Shown here in pieces: positions 25,876 to 35,412 of a DNA stretch of 40,940 nucleotides. The stretch spans positions 1 to 40,940 of the forward strand of contig JBKHHG010000002.1 of the NCBI GenBank assembly GCA_046539225.1, given 5' to 3'. The stretch comes from Candidatus Nanohaloarchaea archaeon (lineage in GTDB: Archaea > Nanohalarchaeota > Nanosalinia > Nanosalinales > Nanosalinaceae). A program made the translations under genes and the position numbers. A model generated the notes under the pieces. It saw only the letters and a program-made list of their open reading frames with translations, was not told the origin of the DNA and did no database searches. Position 1 is the first letter of the stretch. The number at the start of each line of letters is the position of its first letter.

Positions 25876-26019
25876 TCAACCGAAAACCGCCGGACTTCTC
25901 ACCTCGACAAAGCTTTACACCCTTCCAAGGTGATAAAAAACAAGAAAACAGCTGTTACGCTGCCGGAAAAAGATTGGAAAGAATTAAAAATCCCTATTTT
26001 CTTTTCTATTTGATTTGAT

Positions 26020-26226
26020 TCACGTCTTTGCCGCTGAAGGCGAGAAAAACTTTACGCTGCCGTTCTCCAGAGGCCTCCACTCTCCCTGAACCTTTTCATC
26101 GATTCTCAGGCCTTTCTCAAAGTTGAAGGCCCTGGAGTTGACCGCATCGAGCAGAACCTCTTCAAGCTCCTCGGCTTTGAACAGTGTTTCTTCCTTCCCC
26201 GCCCTTTGTACTCTCATCCTGTACAT
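26020..26226 (-). CDS. Small hypothetical protein
   Basis: 68-aa ORF with ATG start and a TTAAATA-like box upstream. Confidence 0.6.
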   Translation of the reverse strand: MYRMRVQRAGKEETLFKAEELEEVLLDAVNSRAFNFEKGLRIDEKVQGEWRPLENGSVKFFSPSAAKT

Positions 26227-26293
26227 TGCATCAACTACTTACCCGGTGCAGGGTATTTAACTCGACCCTCGGCTTTCCAGAAGTCCGAAAAGT

Positions 26294-27505
26294 TCAGGTC
26301 TCGAAGACAACATCTCGATCGAAACTTGATTCAAATATAGACCTGACAGAGGCCTCAAGCCCATCGATATCGTCTTCAAGCCTCTCCTCTTCCTGCTTCA
26401 ACTCTTCTCTTCTCCTTTTTTCCTCTACAAGCTTTTCTTCGAGCTTTTCACGCTCCGATTCAAGCTCTTCAAGCCTTGAAGTCGCTTCATGGCCGTCAAC
26501 CCGAGCTTCAAGCTTTTCAACCTCCTGTTCAAGGCCTTCAATCTTCCCGGCTTTTTCCGAAAGGTTTTCCAGCTCTCCTGAGGCTTGCAAGAGCTTGCCT
26601 CTCTGAAGCTCCGAGATCTCGCCTTTCTCCTCGAGCTGTGGCAAAGCGGCCTCGACTTTCCCGGGTTTTTCAAGGATTTCATCGATCTTTTGATCTCTGA
26701 GAAGCTTTAAAGCTTCAATATTCTTCAGTGAAAGCTCTGAATGCTCCGCGCCGTATATAAGTTTCTTTAGGCCTCTCTCCATCTTCGACACGTTGATCTG
26801 AAGGCCTTCCCGTATGCTTTCTTTCTCCTGTTGAAGATTTTCTAACTCCTGCTGAAGCGATTTAAACTCTTCAAACTCTTCTCCGGTTTTAAATTCCTCG
26901 ATTTCATGTTTCTTGGCCTCTATATCCTTCTCTATACTCTCCAAATTAATTTTCTCGAGTTTGTCGTTGATTTCCTGAAGTCTGTCAAGTTTCTGGCTTC
27001 TTTCCTCAAGTTTTTTCTCGATTCTCTGTGCTTTATCGACTACAGAGTATTCTTCTTCGATAAAGTCTTCGAGATCCTGTGTTATTTCCTGCAGGTTTTT
27101 TATGTGGAGGCCTATCTGTTTTTCTTTTGATGTTATCTCAAGTACGGCGGCTTCTTTTCTCTTGATGTCCTGGAACTCTTTTAAGAACTTTCTTGTTTTT
27201 TCAAGGTTTTTCTCAGGGGTTTTACCCGGTGAAAAGTTCTGTATAACTTTTTTTCTGTCGTTGACTATGTTTTCCGCGATGTCATTTACTGCTTTCCTGC
27301 CTTTCTCATCTCTGAAATCTTCTATTTCTTCAAGGACTTCTTCAAGGCCTTTGATTTCTTCCCGGATTTTTTCCCGGTAGGCCTCGGCTTCTTTCTTTGC
27401 TGAACTGATTTCCTGCTGTTTCTCTTCCTGGAATTTCTGGTCTGCGTTTTCGAGGGATAGATGCAGGGGTTCGCTGTCCGGAAAGATTTTGTCTAAAATT
27501 CCCAT
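26294..27505 (-). CDS. Long coiled-coil protein, no ATPase motif
   Basis: 403 aa, E/K/L heptads, MGILDKIF amphipathic N-terminus. Confidence 0.8.
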   Translation of the reverse strand: MGILDKIFPDSEPLHLSLENADQKFQEEKQQEISSAKKEAEAYREKIREEIKGLEEVLEEIEDFRDEKGRKAVNDIAENIVNDRKKVIQNFSPGKTPEKNLEKTRKFLKEFQDIKRKEAAVLEITSKEKQIGLHIKNLQEITQDLEDFIEEEYSVVDKAQRIEKKLEERSQKLDRLQEINDKLEKINLESIEKDIEAKKHEIEEFKTGEEFEEFKSLQQELENLQQEKESIREGLQINVSKMERGLKKLIYGAEHSELSLKNIEALKLLRDQKIDEILEKPGKVEAALPQLEEKGEISELQRGKLLQASGELENLSEKAGKIEGLEQEVEKLEARVDGHEATSRLEELESEREKLEEKLVEEKRRREELKQEEERLEDDIDGLEASVRSIFESSFDRDVVFET

Positions 27506-27576
27506 AACTGTGTTTTGTTGCTGGATGTTTTTGAAGAGTGGTTAGTTCTTTAACTCTGCGTTTTTTATTGAGATGT

Positions 27577-28482
27577 ATGATTGAGTATATTCTTTCCGCT
27601 GCAGTGTTTGTTCTTGGAGGCGTTATTCTCTACCTTGTGAAGACCGTCAATGATCTTAAGACTACGGAGGTCGAAGTCGATGGTGAGAAGGTCAGGGGTG
27701 CGGTCAGCGAGTCCTGGCAGAAGCTGGAGCTCGGGGAGAAGATCAAGTCGCTGGAGAAAGAGGTTGAAAACGTGGGGAAGGAGGCGGATGAGATCGAGTC
27801 GCTTCACCGCAACCTTGAGACAATGCTTGAAAACCCCAAGGAAAGAGGAGAGTTCGGTGAGAGAAAGCTTGAGGATATTCTATCCGCGCACCTCCCCGAG
27901 TCGATGTACAGCTTCCAAGGACGGGTCGCTGGAAAGAGGCCTGACGCCTACATCGAATCCTCAACAGGAAAAGTCTGCATAGACTCAAAGTTTCCTTTAA
28001 GCAATTTCCGGAAGATGCAGGAGGCAGAAGACGATGAAGAAGAGGAGAAACACGCGAGAAAGTTTCGCAGAGACGTGGAGTCGCAGCTTGAAGAAGTAGC
28101 TTCAAAGTACGTCAGGCCTGACCAGGGCACGACGGAGTACGCAGTCGAGTTCGTCCCAAGCGAAAGAGTCTACTACTACCTTGTAAAGGACGAGTACAAC
28201 CTCCTGCACGAGTACACGAAAAAAGGCGTTCAGATCGCAAGCCCGTTAACCCTGAGCCAGAAACTCGAATTGATCAAGAGAGATGTCCACACCGCAAAAC
28301 TATCGAAAAAGGCGGAAGACATCGAGCAGCAGCTCCAAGAGATCTCCAGCTCTTTCTCGGATTTCGAGTCTAAATGGGAGACCTACAGGAAACACATCAA
28401 GAACGCAAAGTCAAAATCCGACGAACTCGAATCCTCATTCTACAACCTGAAACAGAGATTCCAGACTGTCAACGACCTGTAA
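27577..28482 (+). CDS. rmuC: RmuC-family membrane-anchored nuclease-fold protein
   Basis: N-terminal TM, coiled coil, RGEFGE..LE.IL, RPDA, IDSKFP, KYVRP, FVPSE. Confidence 0.92.
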   Translation: MIEYILSAAVFVLGGVILYLVKTVNDLKTTEVEVDGEKVRGAVSESWQKLELGEKIKSLEKEVENVGKEADEIESLHRNLETMLENPKERGEFGERKLEDILSAHLPESMYSFQGRVAGKRPDAYIESSTGKVCIDSKFPLSNFRKMQEAEDDEEEEKHARKFRRDVESQLEEVASKYVRPDQGTTEYAVEFVPSERVYYYLVKDEYNLLHEYTKKGVQIASPLTLSQKLELIKRDVHTAKLSKKAEDIEQQLQEISSSFSDFESKWETYRKHIKNAKSKSDELESSFYNLKQRFQTVNDL

Positions 28483-28518
28483 AAAACCGGTAAAAAGCTT
28501 GCCCTCTACATAATTTTC

Positions 28519-28845
28519 ATGGACGAATTTCAGGCCTTGGAACAGTACGAAAAAATCGATTTGAACGAAGTGTATAAGGATTTCCAGAAGATTATAGGTG
28601 ATGTGCTTGACGCCCGAAAGGAGAACAGGCCTTACACCGCAAGCCAGCTACCTGAAGGTTTTACAGTTCAGGATCTGGATAACTTCGACTTCGGATTCGA
28701 GGCCTCAAAAGAGTACACTGAATTAACCATGGATGTACGTTACGAGGAGCGTTCCGGCGGAATGTTCGGGGAGAAGGACTCCTCAACTGTAGAAGTTGAA
28801 GTAGACGATCACATCTTCACAGAGAACTGGAAGCACGGATTCTAA
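28519..28845 (+). CDS. Hypothetical acidic protein
   Basis: 108-aa ORF with typical codon use. Confidence 0.7.
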   Translation: MDEFQALEQYEKIDLNEVYKDFQKIIGDVLDARKENRPYTASQLPEGFTVQDLDNFDFGFEASKEYTELTMDVRYEERSGGMFGEKDSSTVEVEVDDHIFTENWKHGF

Positions 28846-28885
28846 CAGAGTTAGGATAAAAAGTTTCCACGACAAAAACCTGTAC

Positions 28886-31393
28886 GTGAGAAAGGCCTCT
28901 TCCATCGACAAACTCTACAGCAAAGTAAAAAATTACGATACTGTTGTAACGGCTGACGCCTCCCTCGCCGATGCTTTAAACCGTCGACTCGACAGGCCTG
29001 TACAGGGAAAGTTCGCAGCCACCCCAAAAAGGCTTGCCTCGGAAAACTACGAGACAAGAAGAGAGGTATTCATCAGAATCGTCAACGAGACCGGCCTTTC
29101 CTACAAACAGGCCTCCTACGGGCTTGACAAGACGCTTGAGGCCTGGAAACATACCGGGGAAATAGATGGCGTGCTTAAATACCGGGAAAACGATATTTTC
29201 CAGGAAACAGTAGATTTCCTTAAAAACTGCGATACTTCTTTCAACCAACTAAAGTCTTTCAGGCTTGAAGGCGACATAGCCGTTATAAACTTCTACAAAT
29301 TCAACGAACTCGACAAAAAAATCTTGCCCGAAAGCTTTGACCGTTTTGAAATGCTTGAAGACGAGGAAACAGGGTTTGAAGAGTTCAACATCTTTGAATC
29401 AGGCCTCGACATCGTGAAGTCGCTTATCCAAAATATTGAAAGAGTGGGAGCGGAAAACTCGGCGGTAGTCGTCGACCCGGAATCCAAGTACCAGAACCTT
29501 ATAGAGTCATACCTCAAAGCAGAAGAAATCGACTTCACACACCAGGAAAAAATATCTGAAAACGAGGAGCTCAGAGCCTTCCTCAACATTCTTGAAATCG
29601 GAGAATCAGATCGAAACCTTCGAGTAAGAGACGTAAAACCGGTGGCAGAAAAATTAGGCCTTGAAACAGGAAACGAAAACGCTTTCCTCGAAAAAACTGA
29701 AGGCCTCGAAGAGTTCAAAGAATTCATGAACGTTATAGAGTTCATGAAGGTTGAAGAGGCCTTAAAACAGTTTGAAAAGCTTTCAAACAACGAATACCCT
29801 GAAATCCGATCATTGATAAAAGAGCTTAACCTGGAAGAAGCTGAGAACTCGAGACAGAATATTAACAGGATAAAATACTTCCTGAAGGATTTCGACAGAA
29901 TGCTGAATGAGGAGACCAGCGGAGTGCTTCTTGCGGATCCCAAACAGGCAACGGTCGTCGACAGGCCTATAGTCTTCTACATAGGCATGAGTTCGGACTG
30001 GAATCAGGAGACGCCGAGAGATGAATGGGTTAAGAACCAGGAGTTTGAAGAAAAGAAGCTTAAAGACTTTCAAATACTTTTACAGAACGGAGACCAGCAG
30101 GTCTACATGGTAGAGGACAAAAAAATGGAGGAAGACGTTAAACCATCTTTCTTTTTCGATGAAATAATTGGAGAAAATGTTTCAAGCTTCAGAGAGCTGC
30201 CGCACAGCTTTAAATCATCAAAAAATAGTTTAAAACCCAAAAAATTTGATAAAAAAAATCTTGAAACCTCTGATATAGAGTTTTTAAGCCAGTCAGGCCT
30301 CAACAGCCTGGCACAGTCTCCAAGACTGTTCTACATGTCACAGCTTGTATCAGACAGCGACGAAGAGAATTTGAAAAAGGGAAGACTTTTCCATGACTTT
30401 GCAGAGCTTTACTTCAACAGGCCTGAGATAAAAAAGAGTATTGAAGAAGTTAGAGAGCTTTTCTTAGAGGAGATGGGGGAAGTAGTTGACGAGGCGTCTC
30501 TCAACCGGGTGAAGACGGAGATAGATCATGGATTAGAGAATATAATGGATTTTGTGGATGAGAAAAAGGTCTATTCTGGAAGAGGTTATACTAAACCGGA
30601 GGATAACGACAACTTTTTTGCAGAGGCCTTTGAAATTGATTTGGAAAGTGCTTCGACGGAGATGTACTTCAAAAACCGCAAGAAAAGGATTAAAGGTAAA
30701 GTGGATTTGCTGGAGGGGGAGAGACATGTTATTGATTTCAAATCTGGAAGGAAGAAGAGCAGGAAGGAAGTTGTGAAGAGTTCAAGAGTTGAGACTTTCG
30801 AGAATCAGCGTTTTCCCAATTTCCAGACTTTAATGTATCTCATGCATCATTCTGATCAGGTAGACGGCGAAATCAGGTTCACTTACCTCTATTTTTTGAG
30901 CGATCTCGGGGATTCGCTGGGCGGAAAAGACGCCGAGAACGCGACAACTGTAAATTATTATCCGGAAACGTTCCAGGAAAAGACCTTGACAACTGAGGCG
31001 TTTGAATACTTGATTAAAGATGTTAAAAAGTCGAATGATCGGAGGAAGACGCTGGAAAAGCTCGGTTACTCAAAATACAGAGATTTTATGAGAGAATACC
31101 AGGTTCCAAGGGTTTTTGATAAAGATGAGTTGCTAAGTTCCGAATTTGCCGAGGCCTTTGTAGATTTATGCATAGAATCCGTGGGCGACTACAAGTACGT
31201 TAAAAGCGGTGCAGAGTCGGCGCTGAGAAAGCTAATTGAGTACAGGAATACAAGGCTCTTTAGTGATGATGCGGAGAGGCTTGAGGAGTTTGTAGATGAG
31301 AAGATTGAAGAACTGGAAAGTTTTGAACATAAAGGCTATCCTGTAGATGCAAAGGCCTCTGAGCTCCCTATGGAGGATTTGATAGTTGAATGA
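28886..31393 (+). CDS. AddB/AdnA-like subunit: degenerate helicase scaffold plus PD-(D/E)XK nuclease
   Basis: No Walker A; LSQSGLN...SP, GRLFHDFAE, IKGKVDL...VIDFKSG, FQ..MYL; overlaps the next gene. Confidence 0.85.
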   Translation: MRKASSIDKLYSKVKNYDTVVTADASLADALNRRLDRPVQGKFAATPKRLASENYETRREVFIRIVNETGLSYKQASYGLDKTLEAWKHTGEIDGVLKYRENDIFQETVDFLKNCDTSFNQLKSFRLEGDIAVINFYKFNELDKKILPESFDRFEMLEDEETGFEEFNIFESGLDIVKSLIQNIERVGAENSAVVVDPESKYQNLIESYLKAEEIDFTHQEKISENEELRAFLNILEIGESDRNLRVRDVKPVAEKLGLETGNENAFLEKTEGLEEFKEFMNVIEFMKVEEALKQFEKLSNNEYPEIRSLIKELNLEEAENSRQNINRIKYFLKDFDRMLNEETSGVLLADPKQATVVDRPIVFYIGMSSDWNQETPRDEWVKNQEFEEKKLKDFQILLQNGDQQVYMVEDKKMEEDVKPSFFFDEIIGENVSSFRELPHSFKSSKNSLKPKKFDKKNLETSDIEFLSQSGLNSLAQSPRLFYMSQLVSDSDEENLKKGRLFHDFAELYFNRPEIKKSIEEVRELFLEEMGEVVDEASLNRVKTEIDHGLENIMDFVDEKKVYSGRGYTKPEDNDNFFAEAFEIDLESASTEMYFKNRKKRIKGKVDLLEGERHVIDFKSGRKKSRKEVVKSSRVETFENQRFPNFQTLMYLMHHSDQVDGEIRFTYLYFLSDLGDSLGGKDAENATTVNYYPETFQEKTLTTEAFEYLIKDVKKSNDRRKTLEKLGYSKYRDFMREYQVPRVFDKDELLSSEFAEAFVDLCIESVGDYKYVKSGAESALRKLIEYRNTRLFSDDAERLEEFVDEKIEELESFEHKGYPVDAKASELPMEDLIVE

Positions 31394-34077
31394 ACCCGAA
31401 TAAGGAACAGGAAAAATTGATTGAAGAAACTGAGGGATGTTATCTCGTGGACGCGGGAGCAGGCACCGGTAAAACCTTTACAGTAACTGAAAGGTACGTC
31501 GAGATTCTTGAAGAAGCAAGACCTGACGATATTTTTCTTTCTACATTCACCAGAAACGCTGCCGAGGAGATGAGCGAGAGGATAGCGGAGAAGTCGAGCT
31601 ACAGGACTTCAGAGATCTATAATGCTCCGATCTCGACTTTCCACAGTTACTGTCAGGGCGTGCTTGAAAGGCATGGATTCAACACTCCAGAAGAGCTGGG
31701 AATTGATGAAGAAATTGAAAGTATTGAAACCCTTGAAAGCAAGATAAGGGAGCTACAGTACTTTGAATCTTTTTACGGAGACTTTAAAAGCCGTAATCCT
31801 GAGTTTGAAGGTTTTTACAGTGTTGTAAATGATAGCGGTGAGCTTCTCGATCTTTTGAAGTCGCTTGCAAGCCGTGGAGTAATTCCCGAAGAAAATGGAT
31901 GGTTCCTGAACTCTGAGGAGTATCTTGACGGAGATTATGACACCTTTAGAGAGCTTTTTAAAGAAGTCAATAGGCCTCGAGATGGGAAAAACGGCAATAA
32001 AAAGCAGAGTGTTCTCCGTCAGAGGCTTTACAGTTACAGGTACAAGGACTTTCCGGAGGATGCGCCCAAGTACTCGGATATTGCCGGGGATTATGGCTGT
32101 AAACAGGTCAGGAAGGATTTTATGCGTAAGGCCTTTGAGGAGGATCGTGAAGAGTTGAAGGAGTTTGTAAGGAGGCTTTACTTTGAGTATATGGAGCACT
32201 GCTTGAGGAACAGCTATCTTAATTTTGGTTTTATAATGGCTCTGGCTTATGTGACGCTTTACAGCAGTGATGAGGCCAGAGAGTCGGAAAGGTTTGATTA
32301 TCTTATGATTGATGAGTTCCAGGATACGAATGAGATCCAGCTGAAGATTTCGTTGCTTCTGGCGGAGAGGCCTAATATCTGTGTTGTTGGGGATTGGAAG
32401 CAGTCTATTTACTCTTTTCAGTACGCTGATGTCGATAATATCAGGAAGTTTGAGGAGCGTATGAATCAGAACATTGAGGAGCTTAATTCTGACCGGAGGA
32501 GGGTAAGTTTTGATTCTGTAGAGGTTGACAGAGTTGATTTGAAGAGGAATTATAGGTCTACGCAGGAGATTCTGGATTCTGCGGAGCAGAGCTTTACGTT
32601 GCGGGGAAATGATTATGAAACCGTGGAGCAGCCAGATCTTGTGAGTCTTGAATCAGAGGCCTCGCATTCTCCTGGCGAGGTTGGCAAGCTTCTCTGCGAA
32701 AATGAGAATGAGAATCTGCTGCGTATGGTGCAGAAGGTAAAGATGGAGGGCAGTATCGGTGGCGAGGACCTGAGTTATTCGGATATCGCTGTTATTTCCA
32801 GGACCAGGAGTTTTGGACTGGATCTCCAGGATCTTGCTGATGTTTACGGTATTCCAGCGGCTTATGAAGGCGGTATTGAGCTTTTTAATACGTCTGAGGC
32901 GAAGATTTTGCTTGCGTGGCTGCGTGCGTTGCAGGATTCGCGTAAGGGCTGGGCCGTGATTCTGGAGAGGACAGGTTACAGTCTGAAGGAGGCGGAGAAG
33001 ATTCTGGAGGAAGATGAGATCCCTGAGAATCTTCTTGAGTTCCATAACGTTCTTGAGGAGATGGAAGGCCTTGAGAGCCAGATGCGGGCTGTGTTTGAAA
33101 GGTACGGGCTGGAGAACCCGGTGACCGAGAAGGTTATCGATGTTTTGACCGATGTCTACAGGTCGAGCTTTATGACTTCTGGCGAGCTTGTGCAGTTTAT
33201 CGAGGATAACATTGAGGAGAAAGAGATATACGAGGTCGATACGTCGCGCGAGAGGGACTGTGCCAAGATCCAGACGATTCACGGCGCCAAAGGCCTTGAG
33301 TACCCCGTGGTTTTTGTGGCGGACGTGAACCAAGGCCGTTTCCCGTCGACTAACGGCAACTACAGGCCTGTAACTTTTGATGATGTGACGGGTCTGCGGC
33401 AGAGAAAGGTTTTCAGGCCTGAAGAGGGCTACGTGTTTGATAACTGGCGTTCGGAGATTCTCTCGAAATGTACCGGCGGGAGGTACGACGAGGAGCGAAG
33501 GTTGATGTATGTTGCGATGACCAGGGCGGAAAAGTATCTTTACATTTCTGCTGAAGAGGAGCGGAAGAGCAAGTTTTTCGAGGATCTCGAGCTTGAAACT
33601 TCTTTCCTGTCGGAGAGGCCTGAGGAACAGGACTCCCAGGAAGAAAGGGGCGAGGTGCTGAAGGTTGTGCCGCCCAAGGCCTCGAGGAGAAGACTTGTAT
33701 CTACGACAGAGGAGATCGATCTGGAGGAGGAGAGAACAGGTAACACCGGTTACGGCAAAGATCTGCATAGATTCGTGAAGCAGTACCTTGAAGGCAAAGA
33801 ACCCGAGAACCTTGAACAGCGTAAAATTGCGGAGAAGATTGACTCGCTTACAGGAGAGAAACAGGCAGAGGTCGAGTTTGCATTACCCAGAGAGGAACGA
33901 GTTTACACAGGCAGAGCCGACCTTGTAGCAGTTTCAGATGAAAAGATAAAGGTTGTAGAGTTCAAGACTTCCGACAGCTTTGAAGAAGCCTACACCGAGC
34001 AGCTGAGAATCTACAGAGAGGCCTTCCAGGAGCTCTACCCCGGTAAAGAGGTTGATGCAGAGGTCTTCCTGGTTTAG
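31390..34077 (+). CDS. AddA/AdnB-like UvrD (SF1) helicase with C-terminal PD-(D/E)XK nuclease
   Basis: AGAGTGKT, TFTRNAA, STFHS, IDEFQDTN, VGDWKQSIY, NYRS, TIHGAKGLE, YVAMTRA, GRADL...VEFKT. Confidence 0.93.
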   Translation: MNPNKEQEKLIEETEGCYLVDAGAGTGKTFTVTERYVEILEEARPDDIFLSTFTRNAAEEMSERIAEKSSYRTSEIYNAPISTFHSYCQGVLERHGFNTPEELGIDEEIESIETLESKIRELQYFESFYGDFKSRNPEFEGFYSVVNDSGELLDLLKSLASRGVIPEENGWFLNSEEYLDGDYDTFRELFKEVNRPRDGKNGNKKQSVLRQRLYSYRYKDFPEDAPKYSDIAGDYGCKQVRKDFMRKAFEEDREELKEFVRRLYFEYMEHCLRNSYLNFGFIMALAYVTLYSSDEARESERFDYLMIDEFQDTNEIQLKISLLLAERPNICVVGDWKQSIYSFQYADVDNIRKFEERMNQNIEELNSDRRRVSFDSVEVDRVDLKRNYRSTQEILDSAEQSFTLRGNDYETVEQPDLVSLESEASHSPGEVGKLLCENENENLLRMVQKVKMEGSIGGEDLSYSDIAVISRTRSFGLDLQDLADVYGIPAAYEGGIELFNTSEAKILLAWLRALQDSRKGWAVILERTGYSLKEAEKILEEDEIPENLLEFHNVLEEMEGLESQMRAVFERYGLENPVTEKVIDVLTDVYRSSFMTSGELVQFIEDNIEEKEIYEVDTSRERDCAKIQTIHGAKGLEYPVVFVADVNQGRFPSTNGNYRPVTFDDVTGLRQRKVFRPEEGYVFDNWRSEILSKCTGGRYDEERRLMYVAMTRAEKYLYISAEEERKSKFFEDLELETSFLSERPEEQDSQEERGEVLKVVPPKASRRRLVSTTEEIDLEEERTGNTGYGKDLHRFVKQYLEGKEPENLEQRKIAEKIDSLTGEKQAEVEFALPREERVYTGRADLVAVSDEKIKVVEFKTSDSFEEAYTEQLRIYREAFQELYPGKEVDAEVFLV

Positions 34078-34131
34078 AAGCTGGTCCAGATTATTGTTAC
34101 TCTTTTAACCGTTCCAGTACCTACTGAATCC

Positions 34132-34407
34132 GTGAGCCATCAGATCGCGGAGGAGCGTATCAGAATCCTGTTTGAAGAAGCCGAGAAAAGGCCTGAGTAT
34201 ATGGAGAGGTACCTGAAGCTGGCTGAGAGGATCGGTATGAGGGCGGAGGCCTCGATTCCCTCTGAACTGAAGAAAAAGTACTGCTCCAGCTGTTACAGCC
34301 TTCTCACTCCCGGGGAGAACTGCCGGGTTAGAGTTATATCCGATGAAAAAATAGTAAGCTACAGATGCCTGGAATGCGGCGAAGAGAAACGCTACGGCTA
34401 CAGCTGA
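34132..34407 (+). CDS. rnp4: RNase P protein Rpp21 (component 4)
   Basis: IAEERIRILF, RY..LA.RI, CSSC..L.PG.N.RVR, CLECG..KRY. Confidence 0.92.
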   Translation: MSHQIAEERIRILFEEAEKRPEYMERYLKLAERIGMRAEASIPSELKKKYCSSCYSLLTPGENCRVRVISDEKIVSYRCLECGEEKRYGYS

Positions 34408-34419
34408 GGTGAGAAACAT

Positions 34420-35412
34420 ATCGACACAAAGAAACGAGTTGTATGGTTTGGAGTAGCAACCCTCTTTTTAGGAGGCCTGATTTTGTTTGCAGACGTCAAC
34501 GAGTTCGTAGATGCATTGTCCTCAGTCGATCTGACGCTTTTTCCTCTTGCACTGCTTTTAGGCCTTGCACCTCTTGCAGTCTTCGCCTTTACATGGTATA
34601 GAATTCTTAACAACATGTCTTCACAGCTTAAATACTTAAAAGTTCTCCAGCTGTACGCTATCGGCAAGTTCATGAATTCTGTAACGCCTCTCGGGAATCT
34701 TGGCGGCGAACCTTTCATGGCTTACGTTATAAAAAGAAATACAGATCTCTCATATGAGGAGTCTTTCGCAGCAGTGCTTTCATCCGATATAATCAATACT
34801 CTGCCGATTTTCACAATGGTTTTTGGAGGGGCCACGGTTTTAGCGTTTAAGGGAGGCCTTCTCGAGATTTTTAAAGAGGCTCTTTTCGTTGCGGCGTTTT
34901 CCGCCGGTTCTATAGGCCTTCTCTCCTATCTTCTCTGGTTCAGGCCGGGAACAGTCGAGGGCGTACTCAGGAAGGCCTCTACAGGTTTCACGGAACGTCT
35001 GCGTTTTGGAGGCAGGTATTCGCGGAGGCTGAATCAAAAGCTGAACGATATTGAGGAGGCCTTTGAGATCGTCGGCGACAACCCGAAACATATTCTGATG
35101 ACTGGGCTTGTTGCTCACCTGGTTCCCGCTGCGAATATTCTCTGTGCTTACGTGATTCTTTACTCTCTGGGCCTCAGGCTTGATCCGCTGCCATTGATCC
35201 TGGTGCTTCCGATGGCATCGCTCGCCAACTTTACCCCGACACCTGGAGGCAGCGGGACCTATGAAGGTGCTTTAGCGTTTATACTGACTATTTTCTATCC
35301 TGTAAGTCTTTCGACAGGCCTCGTCGCTGCGGTGGTTTTCAGGCTGGCCAATTACTGGCCGGGCATCATAATAGGATACCTCACGCTTCTGAAACTGGAG
35401 GCCGAAAAATGA
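34420..35412 (+). CDS. UPF0104 / lysylphosphatidylglycerol-synthase-TM flippase-like membrane protein, probable ATC start
   Basis: FMNSVTPLGNLGGEP, PTPGGSGTYE, FRLANYW; first TM lies upstream of the TTG in the ORF track; GAGGTGA SD 7 nt before ATC 34420. Confidence 0.85.
   Translation: MDTKKRVVWFGVATLFLGGLILFADVNEFVDALSSVDLTLFPLALLLGLAPLAVFAFTWYRILNNMSSQLKYLKVLQLYAIGKFMNSVTPLGNLGGEPFMAYVIKRNTDLSYEESFAAVLSSDIINTLPIFTMVFGGATVLAFKGGLLEIFKEALFVAAFSAGSIGLLSYLLWFRPGTVEGVLRKASTGFTERLRFGGRYSRRLNQKLNDIEEAFEIVGDNPKHILMTGLVAHLVPAANILCAYVILYSLGLRLDPLPLILVLPMASLANFTPTPGGSGTYEGALAFILTIFYPVSLSTGLVAAVVFRLANYWPGIIIGYLTLLKLEAEK

Noticed and set aside
25885..25906. Minus-strand GGTGAGAAGTCCGG resembles RNase P RNA conserved region I
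   Set aside because: No matching region V partner for P4 found, and G-U evidence favours the + strand
26294..27505. SMC/Rad50 assignment for the coiled-coil protein
   Set aside because: No Walker A/B, signature or hook/hinge motif
32653..33768. 371-aa antisense ORF inside the UvrD gene (also 29293-29943 and similar)
   Set aside because: Shadow ORFs from codon bias; non-acidic, no motifs
25532..34077. Prophage or integrative element at tRNA-Gly
   Set aside because: The 3'-end repeat is only ~75 nt away; no integrase, viral genes or distal att copy seen
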